A model generated the notes under the pieces. It had not been told where the DNA came from, made no database searches, and saw only the letters and a list, made by a program, of their open reading frames with translations. Positions 37,593 to 47,154 of a stretch of DNA of 64,000 bases are shown here, one piece after another. This stretch comes from Candidatus Limnocylindrales bacterium. Its GTDB lineage: Bacteria; Chloroflexota; Limnocylindria; Limnocylindrales; CSP1-4. Made by a program: the position numbers and the translations under genes. Location of the stretch: the NCBI GenBank assembly GCA_038245515.1, contig JBBRSJ010000014.1, positions 12,955 through 76,954 of the forward strand, read 5' to 3'. Numbering within the stretch: the stretch's first letter is position 1; every line of letters begins with the position of its first letter.

Positions 37593-38074
37593 TGGCGGAC
37601 CTCGGGCATCGCACGTCGCGCGTGGTCGACCAGGGGCCCGGCATCGTCCACGATCGGCTGCTCCAGCTCGCAGCACGCCTGAAGACCGAGCTGCCGCCGA
37701 TCGAGCCCGGAACACAGGCGGCGACCGTCCTCGGGGTCAGCGGCCCGATCGAGGTCGAGATCGTCGATCGCGGGCCGAGTCGGATCGAGCTCCGGACGAC
37801 CGAGGGCCGGATCCGCGGCGAGGGGGCCGTCGTCCTGGCGCCGGTCGACGACGGCGCCCGGACGAACCTGGCGATGGCCCTCGACATCAGGCCCCAGGGG
37901 TTCGCCGCGAACATGATGCTCGGCGTCGCACTCAAGACAATGCCGAACATCGAGCGCCAGGTGATCGACGGGCTCGAGACGGCGCTCGACGACCTCGCCC
38001 GCGAGCTTGCGAAGCCGGACGATCAGTGGGACCCGGCCGCCTGGAACCCGCCGGGGCTGCCAACCCGCGGCTGA
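37592..38074 (+). CDS. hypothetical protein, possibly SRPBCC/CoxG-like
   Basis: ATG 37592 overlaps the VOC stop (TGATG). The 160-aa protein has a beta-rich core and a C-terminal helix. The family assignment is tentative. Confidence 0.55.
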   Translation: MADLGHRTSRVVDQGPGIVHDRLLQLAARLKTELPPIEPGTQAATVLGVSGPIEVEIVDRGPSRIELRTTEGRIRGEGAVVLAPVDDGARTNLAMALDIRPQGFAANMMLGVALKTMPNIERQVIDGLETALDDLARELAKPDDQWDPAAWNPPGLPTRG

Positions 38075-38148
38075 GACTTTCCGCCGCCCCACCGCGGGTG
38101 CATCATGCGGCCACAGGTCAGACATCTGGAGCGGGTGGGAGGCTGGAC

Positions 38149-38580
38149 ATGCCCGGCGCGGAACGGACGATCGTGATCGATCGCAGCCTCGACGAGGTCT
38201 TCGCTTTCTTCGCGACGCCCGGCAACGACCCTCGCTGGCGACCGCACGTCAAGGAGATCCGGGCGGAGGGACCGGCCGGCGCGGGTGCCCGCGTCCATCA
38301 GGTCGTCGACGGGCCGGGCGGCCGCGGGATCGCCGCCGACATCGAGATCACCGCGTACAACCCGCCGTCGCGCTACGCGTTCAAGGTCGTCGCCGGTCCC
38401 GCCCGTCCGGTCGGCGAGTTCCGGTTCGAGCCGTCCGGTGCGGGGACGAGCGTCCACTTTTCGCTCCGCGCGGACCTTGGCGGGCTGAAGGGACTGATCA
38501 TGTCGCGCCCCGTCCAGTCCTCGATGAATGGCGAGATGGCGGCGCTCGACACGGCCAAGCGCCTGATCGAAAGCAGCTGA
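38149..38580 (+). CDS. SRPBCC family protein (polyketide cyclase/dehydrase-like)
   Basis: ATG 38149 follows GGGTGGGAGG. The N-terminal signature is IVIDRSLDEVFAFFATPGNDPRWRPHV. Confidence 0.8.
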   Translation: MPGAERTIVIDRSLDEVFAFFATPGNDPRWRPHVKEIRAEGPAGAGARVHQVVDGPGGRGIAADIEITAYNPPSRYAFKVVAGPARPVGEFRFEPSGAGTSVHFSLRADLGGLKGLIMSRPVQSSMNGEMAALDTAKRLIESS

Positions 38581-38937
38581 GGCCGGCCCATCGCCCACGT
38601 CGAGAGGCGCAGACGCCGGCTTGATCGTGGCCGCGGCTGTCGCCACCACGTCGTCGTCTCGAGCACCGTAAACGACCGCGGGACTCGATCGAGCTGCCCG
38701 GGACCCGGTCCGTTCCGAGCGGCCGCGCGGCGCGGCTCGATCACGCCCAGCCGGCTGCACGCGAGCCGTTCCGACTCGACAAACCAAGGCACCATGCCGG
38801 CAGACTCGGCTTCGACAACGACGAGCCTCGTCAGGGCCGACGAGTCGACGTGCGCCCAAACGTGATTCTCGACCCGCCATCCTGTCACCCTCAGGTTCCA
38901 CGGTCGCGAGGGGCGATCGACCATTGAAGGAGTCCCG

Positions 38938-39258
38938 ATGGGCCACTACCTGATCAAGGCGTCGTACACCCAGGCAGGCATCCAGGGAGTCCTGAAGGAT
39001 GGCGGCAGCGGTCGCCGGGCAGCGATCGACGCCCTCGTCGCGAGCGCCGGCGGGACGATCGAATCCTGTTACTGGGCTCTCGGTGAGGACGACATCTTCA
39101 TCACGGTCGAGTTGCCGGACAATGCCGCGGCCGCCTCGATCGCGGCCACGGTCGGAGCGACCGGCGCCGCATCGATCACGACCACCGTGCTCCTGACTGC
39201 GGCCGAGGTCGACGCCGCGGTCGCGAAGCATCCGTCGTATCGCGCTCCGGGCGGCTGA
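38938..39258 (+). CDS. GYD domain-containing protein
   Basis: MGHYLIKASYTQAGIQGVL...GGTIESCYWALGEDDIFITVELPD is typical of the GYD family. A GAAGGAG Shine-Dalgarno sequence lies upstream. Confidence 0.85.
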   Translation: MGHYLIKASYTQAGIQGVLKDGGSGRRAAIDALVASAGGTIESCYWALGEDDIFITVELPDNAAAASIAATVGATGAASITTTVLLTAAEVDAAVAKHPSYRAPGG

Positions 39259-39313
39259 TCAGACCCAACCTCGATCCGGAGCAAACTGCGCCGCGGGCGC
39301 GCGTCACGCGTCC

Positions 39314-41182
39314 GTGACCGCCGCGGCTACACTCGGCGGGATGGATCTGCACGTCATCGGGCCGCTTGCGAGCGCCGCCGAGCGGGCGGCCGTTGACGCC
39401 GTCCTCGGACCGCCCGAGTCGGGCTGGCGCGGCGGCGTCCGCGACAGTGGGCTCGACGGCCATATCGCCCGCGGCGGCCACGACGCTCGTTCCCGGCGCG
39501 ACCTCCTGATCCCCGCGCTCCATGCCGTCCAGTCCCGGATCGGCTGGATCAGCCAGCCAGCGATCAACGACATCTGCAAGCGGCTGACGATCCCGCCGGC
39601 CGAGGCGTGGGGCGTCGCGACGTTCTACGCCTTGTTCGCGACGACGCCGCGCCCGGCGGTGGTCGCCCACGTCTGCGATGACCTTGCGTGTCGCCTCGCT
39701 GGCTCCGAGGAGCTCTGCGCCGATCTCGAGCGGACGATCGGCCCCGAGGGTGCGGCGGGCGTCGACGGCGACCGGACGTGGCTGCGCTCGCCGTGCCTCG
39801 GGGTCTGCGAACGCGCGCCAGCGGCGATGATCACGAACGCCGGAACGGAGCCGACGACGATCGTCGCCGCGCCGGCGGATGCGGCCGGGATCCTCGCCCG
39901 GACGGAGCCGAACGGCGGCTCGACCTCGTATGGCGACCCACCGATCCCCCAGGCCGGCCGGGCCGGCCTGCGCCTCCTTGCCCGGGTCGGCGTCGTCGAT
40001 CCCGAGTCGCTCGACGACTACCGCGCCAACGGCGGCTTCCGCGCTCTCGAGCGGGCTCGCGCGATCGGCCCGCAGCGGGTGATCGACGAGGTCACCGCGG
40101 CCAACCTCGTCGGTCGCGGCGGAGCGGCCTTCCCCACCGGCCGGAAGTGGGCCGCGGTCGCCACCCAGCCCGTGCAGCCGCACTACCTCGTCTGCAATGC
40201 CGACGAGTCGGAGCCCGGGACGTTCAAGGACCGCGTCCTCATGGAGGGCGACCCGTTCGCCGTCGTCGAGGCGATGGCGATCGAGGCGTTCGCCGTCGGG
40301 GCGCAGAAGGCGTACCTCTACATCCGCGGCGAGTACCCGCTGGCGGAGGCACGAATCACGAACGCGATCGATGCCAGCCACGATGCCGGGCTCCTCGGCG
40401 ATCTCGACATCGAGCTCCGGCGCGGCGCCGGTGCCTACATCTGCGGCGAGGAGACCGCGCTCTTCGAATCGATCGAGGGCAAGCGCGGCGAGCCGCGCAA
40501 CAAGCCGCCATTCCCGGTTGAGGTCGGGCTGTTCGGCAAGCCGACGGCGGTCAACAACGTCGAAACGTTGCTCAATGTGCTCCTGATCGTCGCCGAGGAG
40601 GGCGGGGCCGAGGCGTACAAGGCGATCGGCACGGACGGCTCGACCGGCCCGAAGCTGTTCTGCGTGTCTGGCAATGTCGCCAAGGCCGGCGTCTACGAGG
40701 TCGAGTTCGGCGTCACGCTCGGCGAGCTCCTGGCCCTCGCCGGCGGCATCCCGGACGGTCGCGCGCTGAAGGCGGTCCTGATGGGCGGCGCTGCCGGCGT
40801 GTTCGTCGGATCCGAGGCCCTCGACACGCCCCTGACCTTTGAGGCGACGCGCGCGATCGGAGCCACTCTCGGCTCGGGCGTCGTGATGGTCTTCGACGAG
40901 AGGGCGGATCTCGTCGGAGCGCTGACCCGGATCGCGCGCTTCTTCCGCGACGAATCGTGCGGCCAGTGCGTCCCGTGCCGGGTGGGGACCGTCCGCCAGG
41001 AGGAGCTGATGGCGCGGTTGGCGTCCGGCGCCGCCGCGGCGCACGGCCGGCGGGACGACGAGCTGGCACTCCTAACGGAACTCGGGCGGGTCATGCGCGA
41101 CGCCTCGATCTGCGGTCTCGGCCAGACGGCCAGCTCGGCGATCGAGAGCGCCATGCGCCGGCCGGACCTGGTGGCGCTGTGA
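39314..41182 (+). CDS. NAD-dependent formate dehydrogenase diaphorase subunit, NuoE-NuoF fusion (FdsG-FdsB-like)
   Basis: NuoE-like region: HVCDDLACRLAG. NuoF region: GRGGAAFPTGRKW, ESEPGTFKDR and the 4Fe-4S motif ESCGQCVPCRVG. Confidence 0.9.
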   Translation: MTAAATLGGMDLHVIGPLASAAERAAVDAVLGPPESGWRGGVRDSGLDGHIARGGHDARSRRDLLIPALHAVQSRIGWISQPAINDICKRLTIPPAEAWGVATFYALFATTPRPAVVAHVCDDLACRLAGSEELCADLERTIGPEGAAGVDGDRTWLRSPCLGVCERAPAAMITNAGTEPTTIVAAPADAAGILARTEPNGGSTSYGDPPIPQAGRAGLRLLARVGVVDPESLDDYRANGGFRALERARAIGPQRVIDEVTAANLVGRGGAAFPTGRKWAAVATQPVQPHYLVCNADESEPGTFKDRVLMEGDPFAVVEAMAIEAFAVGAQKAYLYIRGEYPLAEARITNAIDASHDAGLLGDLDIELRRGAGAYICGEETALFESIEGKRGEPRNKPPFPVEVGLFGKPTAVNNVETLLNVLLIVAEEGGAEAYKAIGTDGSTGPKLFCVSGNVAKAGVYEVEFGVTLGELLALAGGIPDGRALKAVLMGGAAGVFVGSEALDTPLTFEATRAIGATLGSGVVMVFDERADLVGALTRIARFFRDESCGQCVPCRVGTVRQEELMARLASGAAAAHGRRDDELALLTELGRVMRDASICGLGQTASSAIESAMRRPDLVAL

Positions 41183-42255
41183 GCGGCGACGGCGTGAGCA
41201 TGGATCGTGACCCGGCCGGCGTGTCCAACGTGCCGCACGCCGGGGAACCGCCGGCGGCCCAGCCACTCACCGACATCCTGCTCCGTCCGGCCGCCCGGTC
41301 CAGCCGGCCGCCGGAGGCACCGCCCGCGCCGGTGCGGGCTCCGGTCGAGCTCACGATCGACGGCGCGCCGGTCAGCGTCCCGGCCGGCTCGACGATCCTC
41401 GAGGCCTGCCGAGCGGAGGGCATCGACACGCCGACGCTCTGCTACCTCGAGAACCTGACGCCAGTCAACGTCTGCAGGGTCTGCGTGGTCGAGGTAACTG
41501 GGTCGCGCGTGCTCGTCCCGGCCTGCTCGCGCAAGGTCGAGGCGGGGATGGACGTCCAGACCGATTCGGAGCGGGTCCGCCACAGCCGGAAGATGGTGCT
41601 CGAGTTCCTCGGCTCGTCGGTCGACCTCTCGACGGCGCCGGCCGCCAATGCCTACATCGAGCGCTACGACGCGAACCCGGCACGCTACGGTCCGCCGACC
41701 CCACCGGCGGCCGTCGGCGAGCGCGACGCCCACGAACCGGGCCATCACCACGCTCCGCCGGTGACGGCCGCTCAAACCGTCGCGCAGCCGGTCAAGGTCG
41801 ACAACGACCTCTACGTCCGGGACTACTCGAAGTGCATCCTCTGCTACAAGTGCGTCGAGGCCTGCGGCGAGGATGCCCAGAACACGTTCGCGATCGCGGT
41901 GGCCGGACGGGGCTTCGACGCCCGGATCTCGACCGAGGCCGCGGTTTCCTTGCCCGAGAGCGCCTGCGTCTACTGCGGCAACTGCATCGGCGTCTGTCCG
42001 ACGGGCGCCCTGATGTTCAAGAGCGAGTTCGACATGCGGGCGGCCGGCACCTGGGACGAGAGCGCCCAGACGGTGACCGAGACGATCTGCCCGTACTGCG
42101 GCGTCGGCTGCGCCCTCGAGCTCCACGTCCAGGACAACACGATCGTGACGGTGACCTCGCCGCTCGACTCGTCCGTGACCGACGGCCACCTCTGCGTGAA
42201 GGGCCGGTTCGGCTTCGCCTTCGTCCAGAGCCGGGGACCACGCCAGGTTCCCTGA
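41179..42255 (+). CDS. formate dehydrogenase alpha subunit N-terminal Fe-S module only (NuoG-like 2Fe-2S, two 4Fe-4S ferredoxin motifs, Molybdop_Fe4S4)
   Basis: Cluster motifs CYLENLTPVNVCRVC...C, CILCYKCVEAC, CVYCGNCIGVCP and CPYCGVGC...C. The protein ends at VKGRFGFAFVQSRGPRQVP, with no molybdopterin domain. GTG 41179 overlaps the upstream stop, and ATG 41200 is an alternative. Confidence 0.85.
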   Translation: MSGDGVSMDRDPAGVSNVPHAGEPPAAQPLTDILLRPAARSSRPPEAPPAPVRAPVELTIDGAPVSVPAGSTILEACRAEGIDTPTLCYLENLTPVNVCRVCVVEVTGSRVLVPACSRKVEAGMDVQTDSERVRHSRKMVLEFLGSSVDLSTAPAANAYIERYDANPARYGPPTPPAAVGERDAHEPGHHHAPPVTAAQTVAQPVKVDNDLYVRDYSKCILCYKCVEACGEDAQNTFAIAVAGRGFDARISTEAAVSLPESACVYCGNCIGVCPTGALMFKSEFDMRAAGTWDESAQTVTETICPYCGVGCALELHVQDNTIVTVTSPLDSSVTDGHLCVKGRFGFAFVQSRGPRQVP

Positions 42256-42266
42256 CGGCCGGACGA

Positions 42267-43133
42267 TCAGTCGAACGCGAGCAGGTCGCGGAGGTCGATC
42301 CGCTCGTCGTGGGCGTAGACGTTGAAGCCGGCGCCGCGGAGGAAGCCGACGAGGGTCACGCCAAGCCGATCGGCCGCTTCGATTGCGAGGTCGGAGGGCG
42401 CCGACACGGCACAAAGGACCGGGATGCCCGCGACCGCGGCCTTCTGGACGATCTCGAAGCTGACCCGCCCGCTCACCATCAGGATCCGGTCGTTGAGCGG
42501 CAGCGCGCCGGCCATCACCTGCGAGCCGACGAGCTTGTCGAGCGCGTTGTGGCGGCCGACGTCCTCGCGCAGCGCAAGGAGCTCGCCGGTGGGCGTGAAC
42601 AGGCCCGCGGCGTGGAGCCCGCCCGTCTGGTCGAACGCCCGCTGGGCGGCCCGGAGAAGGTCGGGCAGGGCGAGGATCACCGATCGCTGGACGACCGGGC
42701 CGTCGGGGATGGACTCGGATCGGACGGTCACCTCGTCGAGCGAGGCCTTGCCGCAGATCCCGCACGACGCGGTCGCAACGAAATGGCGCTCGGCGACCTT
42801 CGAGGCATCGAACGCCTTGGCCAGGTGGACGGTGATTTGGTCGTCCGGCTGGCTCATCGCCGTCGGGTCGCCGACCGTGGCCCGGATCACCTCGGGCCCG
42901 GCGATCAGGCCTTCGGTCCGGAGGAACCCGATCGCGAGCTCGTCCTCGTGGCCCGGAGTTCGCATCGTGATGGCGACAGCCACGGGCTCCTGGCCGGGAC
43001 CGGCGGCGCGGATCTCGAGTGGCTCCTCGCCCACGACCCGGTCCGCGCGGAACTCCAGGGAGTTGCCCCGAACGGCCACGATCCGGGTCGTCGTGACGTG
43101 CCGCGTCGGGGGAGCGAGGGGGTCGGGATCCAC
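42267..43133 (-). CDS. fdhD: formate dehydrogenase accessory sulfurtransferase FdhD
   Basis: The SCGICGKASLD active-site loop and GLHAAGLF are present, and the protein is about 288 aa. Confidence 0.9.
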   Translation of the reverse strand: MDPDPLAPPTRHVTTTRIVAVRGNSLEFRADRVVGEEPLEIRAAGPGQEPVAVAITMRTPGHEDELAIGFLRTEGLIAGPEVIRATVGDPTAMSQPDDQITVHLAKAFDASKVAERHFVATASCGICGKASLDEVTVRSESIPDGPVVQRSVILALPDLLRAAQRAFDQTGGLHAAGLFTPTGELLALREDVGRHNALDKLVGSQVMAGALPLNDRILMVSGRVSFEIVQKAAVAGIPVLCAVSAPSDLAIEAADRLGVTLVGFLRGAGFNVYAHDERIDLRDLLAFD

Positions 43134-43200
43134 GCGAGCAGTGTAGGTGGGGCCGACCGCGCGAAGGGCCCTCGGCCCGTCCCCGTCGACTGGCGCGAGG

Positions 43201-43692
43201 ATGCATCATCGGGCGATGACCGACATCTCGATTCTCGACGCGGCCGCCCGCCGATTTCTCGACTCGGCCCGAACGGCGACCCTGGCGACGATCGCGCAGA
43301 GCGGCCGGCCGCGCCTCGTCCCGATCTGCTTCGTGGCCGGGCCGGACGCGCCAGACGGGCGACCTCGGCTCTACAGCCCGCTCGACGACAAGCCGAAGGC
43401 GTCGGCCGACCCGCGCACCCTCGCCCGCGTCCGCGACCTGCTTGCACGGCCGGCCGCCACGCTCCTCGTCGATCGCTGGTCGGAGGACTGGGACCGGCTC
43501 GCCTGGCTGCGCCTGGACGTCCGCGCCCGGCTGCTCGAGCCGGGAGCACCCGACGAGGTCGAACACGCCGCGGCGGTGGCAACGCTCCGCGCGAAGTACC
43601 CGCAGTACGCCATGCATCGTCTCGAGGAGCGACCGATCCTCCGATTCACGGTCGAGCGGGTCCTGGCCTGGGGCGATTTCGGCACGACTTGA
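43201..43692 (+). CDS. PPOX-class (pyridoxamine 5'-phosphate oxidase-like) probable F420-dependent enzyme
   Basis: Segments ATLATIAQSGRPRLVPICF, YSPLDDKPK and WLRLDV, with the tail LRAKYPQY. Confidence 0.75.
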   Translation: MHHRAMTDISILDAAARRFLDSARTATLATIAQSGRPRLVPICFVAGPDAPDGRPRLYSPLDDKPKASADPRTLARVRDLLARPAATLLVDRWSEDWDRLAWLRLDVRARLLEPGAPDEVEHAAAVATLRAKYPQYAMHRLEERPILRFTVERVLAWGDFGTT

Positions 43693-43841
43693 CGAGTGAT
43701 CGCCGCCACGATCAGTTTGCGCACGAACGAGCGTGACGAGAGGGCGAATCCGGGCGAATGCTGTCGGAACTTGGTCGCGGCAACGCTCATTCGTGAGAAA
43801 TTGATCGCCCCGGCGATCACGGCCGCCCGGCATGACCGAGC

Positions 43842-45110
43842 TCAGCGATCGAGGTAGAGCGCCTCGGCGTGCGGGCGCAGGCAATGGGTCGAGCTCATCG
43901 CCTGGTGGTAGCCGCCGGCGTTGAGGAGCGCCACGATGTCACCCTCGGCGACCGGCGGCAGGAGGTAGTCCTCGGCGAACACGTCGCCGGCCTCGTTGAT
44001 GTGGCCGGCGATCGTCACGCGCTCGGTTCGTGGCGCGGCTGCCGCCCGGCACACGACGATCTCCTGGGCGTAGCGGTAGATGAAGTACGAGCAGTTCACG
44101 TTCCAGCCGGCATCGAGCCCCACGAATGTGGTCCCGGAACGCTCCTCGACGGTCACGACCTCGGCCAGGAGGATCGCGCTGTCCTTCGCGAGGTAGTCGC
44201 CGGGCTCGCAGCCGACGGCAACGTCGAGGTCGCCGACCTGACGCCCGATCGCGGCCACGTAGGCGTCCGGATCGACAGGCCGCTCCTCGGCGCGGGCGGG
44301 CACGCCGAGCCCGCCGCCGACATTGACCTCCGCGATCGGATGGCCGTCCGCCAGGAGCCGGCGGGCGACCGCCGCGACACGGGCCAGGGACGCCTCGAAT
44401 GCCGCGAGCCCGTCCGCCAGCCAGCCCGAGCCGGCGTGGACATGGATCGTGTCGATCGGGAGTCCGTGCCGGGCGGCGGCCGCCACGGCCTCGTCGAGGC
44501 GATCGGGATAGATCCCGAACTTGGTCGGCCGATCCCCGCTGTAGGCGAGCTTGTCGTTGTAGCCCGCGCCGGCACCGGGGTTGATCCGCAGGCCGATCGG
44601 GCGCGGCGGCAACCCCTTCCCCGCGAGCCGGCGCCCAAGCCGCTCGACCTGGCTGACGGCGTCGAGGTTCAGATGGACGTCGTGGACGAGGATCGCGTCG
44701 AGATCGCGGTCGGAGAGGTTCGTGGCGGTGACGCTGATCTCGGGCGCCGTCCAGCCGCGGGCCAGCGCCCGCTCGACCTCACCCGGAGAGCACGCGTCGA
44801 CGCCGACGAGCGGTCGCAGCACTTCCAGCGCGGCCGGATCGGGATTGGCCTTCAGGGCGAACCGGAGTCGATGCCGCAGGCCAGCCCGCTCGAACGCGGC
44901 GAGGAGCCGCTCGACGTTCTCGGCCAGTCGCCGCCGGTCATACGCGAACAGAGGCGTGCCGTGGTCACGCGCGAGCCGTTCCGCGTCCCGGCCGGCGATG
45001 ACGAGCCTGCCATCGATCGCTTCGAGGCCCGGTCGCGACCACCACGGACTAGCGGGCGCCGGGTCGATGCGGCGGCCTGGGTCAGTGTGGCGGCCAGGGG
45101 CGACCGTCAT
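43842..45110 (-). CDS. Orn/DAP/Arg decarboxylase family 2 PLP enzyme (diaminopimelate decarboxylase-like)
   Basis: GTPLFAYD, the PLP-lysine motif FALKAN, HVHAGSG and EPGDYL are present. Confidence 0.8.
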   Translation of the reverse strand: MTVAPGRHTDPGRRIDPAPASPWWSRPGLEAIDGRLVIAGRDAERLARDHGTPLFAYDRRRLAENVERLLAAFERAGLRHRLRFALKANPDPAALEVLRPLVGVDACSPGEVERALARGWTAPEISVTATNLSDRDLDAILVHDVHLNLDAVSQVERLGRRLAGKGLPPRPIGLRINPGAGAGYNDKLAYSGDRPTKFGIYPDRLDEAVAAAARHGLPIDTIHVHAGSGWLADGLAAFEASLARVAAVARRLLADGHPIAEVNVGGGLGVPARAEERPVDPDAYVAAIGRQVGDLDVAVGCEPGDYLAKDSAILLAEVVTVEERSGTTFVGLDAGWNVNCSYFIYRYAQEIVVCRAAAAPRTERVTIAGHINEAGDVFAEDYLLPPVAEGDIVALLNAGGYHQAMSSTHCLRPHAEALYLDR

Positions 45111-45373
45111 GCAGGAGCGGCCGGCCGGCGAGCCCGGCCGGAGCCGGGATGCCAGTGATCGGGCCCGACCTCGACGGTCGCCCCGATCTCCTCGAGCATT
45201 CGCCTCGAGACGACGGCGATTTCCTCGATCGCGGCCTCGAAGGCGGCGCTGTTGCGCTGGGACGGCGTTCGGTAGCCACTGACCTTGCGGACGAACTGGC
45301 GGGCGGCCGCCTCGATCTCACCGGTCGTCGCCGGCTCGTCCGGACGGCGAAGAACCTTGATGCTTCGGCACAT
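45107..45373 (-). CDS. DUF2277 domain-containing protein
   Basis: The N-terminus is MCRSIKVLRRPDEPATTGEIEAAARQFVRKVSG. The ORF-track start at 45376 is a TTG, and ATG 45373 is preferred. Confidence 0.8.
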   Translation of the reverse strand: MCRSIKVLRRPDEPATTGEIEAAARQFVRKVSGYRTPSQRNSAAFEAAIEEIAVVSRRMLEEIGATVEVGPDHWHPGSGRARRPAAPA

Positions 45374-45421
45374 CAACGGAGGGTACCCGGTCCGCCGAAG
45401 GCGAGCGATCGCAGGCCCGAG

Positions 45422-46021
45422 CTACGGGAGCTTCCAGGCGAGCGGCCCGGTGTAGCAGTGGCCGAGGGCGCGGCACAGTCCGCCGGTGAGGTCCCACGAC
45501 CGGCCCGAGACGTACGGACCGCGATCGACCACGATGGTCGTGACGATCCGCCCATTCTCGGGGTTGCGGAAGCTGACCCTGGTGCCGCACGGCAGCGTCC
45601 GATGAGCGACGCCGATCAGCGTCTCGGTCATCGCGTACCCGCAGGCGGTGCGCTTGCCGTAGAAGCCGGGGCCGTACCAGGACACGTTGGAATCCCAGTG
45701 CCACTGCGGGATCGCGATCGACCCGACGGGCGCATCGGGCTGGATCGCGGCCGCGTCGGGGCGACCGGCCGGGGCGGGGCGCTGATCAGGATCCAGCAGG
45801 ACCGTCGTATCGGTAAGCGCACCATCGGACCGGTACGCAGGGTCTAGATCGGGAATCGTCGCCGCTGTCCCGGCGATCGCTGCCGCGTCCACCCCTCGGA
45901 AGAGGTTCGCATCGATCGGTCGTTCAGGGCTGGGGCCCTGGGATCCCACGGATCCGGGGACGGCGGCCGCGGCGAGCAGGGCGATGAGCGCCATGATCGC
46001 GACGACTCTGGGGCGTCGCAC
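45422..46021 (-). CDS. secreted RlpA-like double-psi beta-barrel (DPBB) protein
   Basis: Signal peptide MALIALLAAAAVPG, with the C-terminal DPBB region WYGPGFYGKRTACGY...LPCGTRV...VVDRGPY. Confidence 0.8.
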   Translation of the reverse strand: MRRPRVVAIMALIALLAAAAVPGSVGSQGPSPERPIDANLFRGVDAAAIAGTAATIPDLDPAYRSDGALTDTTVLLDPDQRPAPAGRPDAAAIQPDAPVGSIAIPQWHWDSNVSWYGPGFYGKRTACGYAMTETLIGVAHRTLPCGTRVSFRNPENGRIVTTIVVDRGPYVSGRSWDLTGGLCRALGHCYTGPLAWKLP

Positions 46022-46251
46022 GTCCGCGGAACCTTACCAGCGGGGTTCCGAACGCGCCCATCACAGGCCGTTGCCGAAAGGTTGCGGGTGTGTGACAGGA
46101 CGTGCTTCGTGCACGACGCGACGACCCCCGCGCGCCGAGTTGTGCACGAACGGTGCGCCTCCGCACCATGTTGCGGTCACCGCAACGCGACCGGACGGGC
46201 TGTCGGAGGCGCTCCCGCGAGACGCGGCGGAAACCTGCGAGACTGGCACGG

Positions 46252-47154
46252 ATGCCGACTCGGACGCTCCCTGTCGACGGCCCGTTCGACCTCCACCGGA
46301 CCGTCGCGATCCACCTCCGCGGCTCCGGTGACCCGACGATGCGGATCTCGGCGGACGGGCGGATCGTGCGCGCGACGAGGACGCCGGACGGCCCCGCGAC
46401 GATCGAGCTCGTCGCATCCGGCGGCCGCGTCCAGGCGGAGGCGTGGGGACCGGGCGCCGATCGGGCGCTCGAGGCCCTGCCGGCGCTCATCGGGCTCGAC
46501 GACGACCGCTCCGGCTTCGAGTCCGCTCGTCACCCGCTGGTGGCCGAGCTCGATCGGCGCCAACGTGGGATCCGGATCGGGCGAACCGGCGCCGTCCTCG
46601 AATCGCTCGTTCCCGCGATCCTCGAGCAGAAGGTGACCGGCATCGAGGCCTGGCGCGGCCTCCGCGGCATCGTCCGCCGCTGGGGCGAGCCCGCCCCGGG
46701 ACCATTCGGCCTATGGCTCCTGCCCGAACCCCGGGTGATCGCGACGATCCCGTACCACGCCCTGCACCCGATCGGAATCGAGCGACGTCGGGCGGACCTC
46801 GTTCGTCGCGTGGCGGATCGGGCCGTGCGGTTCGAGGAGGTCGTGGGTCTGCCGCGCGATGCGGCGTATGCGCGCCTCACCGCTCTGCCCGGGGTCGGCC
46901 CCTGGACCGCGGCCGAGGTGATGCTGCGCGCCGCGGGCGATCCGGACGCCGTCAGCGTCGGCGATTTCCACCTGCCGCATCTCGTGGCCTTCGCCCTGAC
47001 CGGTGAGATCCGGGGCAGCGACGCCCGGATGATCGAGCTGCTCGAGCCGTGGCGAGGCCACCGGGCGCGGGTGATCCGGCTGCTGGAAGCGAGCGGCTTC
47101 CGCCCGCCCGCGTTCGGACCGCGTCTCACGCCACGCTCGATCGCCGCGATCTGA
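46252..47154 (+). CDS. DNA-3-methyladenine glycosylase II-like HhH-GPD protein (AlkA-like)
   Basis: HhH-GPD region LTALPGVGPWTAAEVMLRAAGDPDAVSVGD with the catalytic Asp. ATG 46252 was chosen. Confidence 0.8.
   Translation: MPTRTLPVDGPFDLHRTVAIHLRGSGDPTMRISADGRIVRATRTPDGPATIELVASGGRVQAEAWGPGADRALEALPALIGLDDDRSGFESARHPLVAELDRRQRGIRIGRTGAVLESLVPAILEQKVTGIEAWRGLRGIVRRWGEPAPGPFGLWLLPEPRVIATIPYHALHPIGIERRRADLVRRVADRAVRFEEVVGLPRDAAYARLTALPGVGPWTAAEVMLRAAGDPDAVSVGDFHLPHLVAFALTGEIRGSDARMIELLEPWRGHRARVIRLLEASGFRPPAFGPRLTPRSIAAI

Noticed and set aside
38373-38924. 183-aa minus-strand ORF filling the 357-bp gap before the GYD gene
   Set aside because: Its 3' half runs antisense through the well-supported SRPBCC gene and is Arg-rich. 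Only the first 60 or so residues look protein-like, and I recognised no motif.
40693-43884. Very long antisense ORFs, for example 1063 aa at 40693-43884, 638-630 aa at 7472-9364, 741 aa at 28907-31132 and 1002 aa at 54355-57363
   Set aside because: Their Arg/Pro/Gly/Asp-rich composition is typical of stop-codon-poor alternative frames in 70% GC DNA. Each lies opposite or out of frame to a gene with clear family motifs.
46022-46251. ydaO/c-di-AMP riboswitch upstream of the RlpA-like cell-wall gene
   Set aside because: No GAAUC / GGGGACCCA / CAGCUAACCUCG core elements are present. There is only a vague CGGAACCCCGC resemblance.
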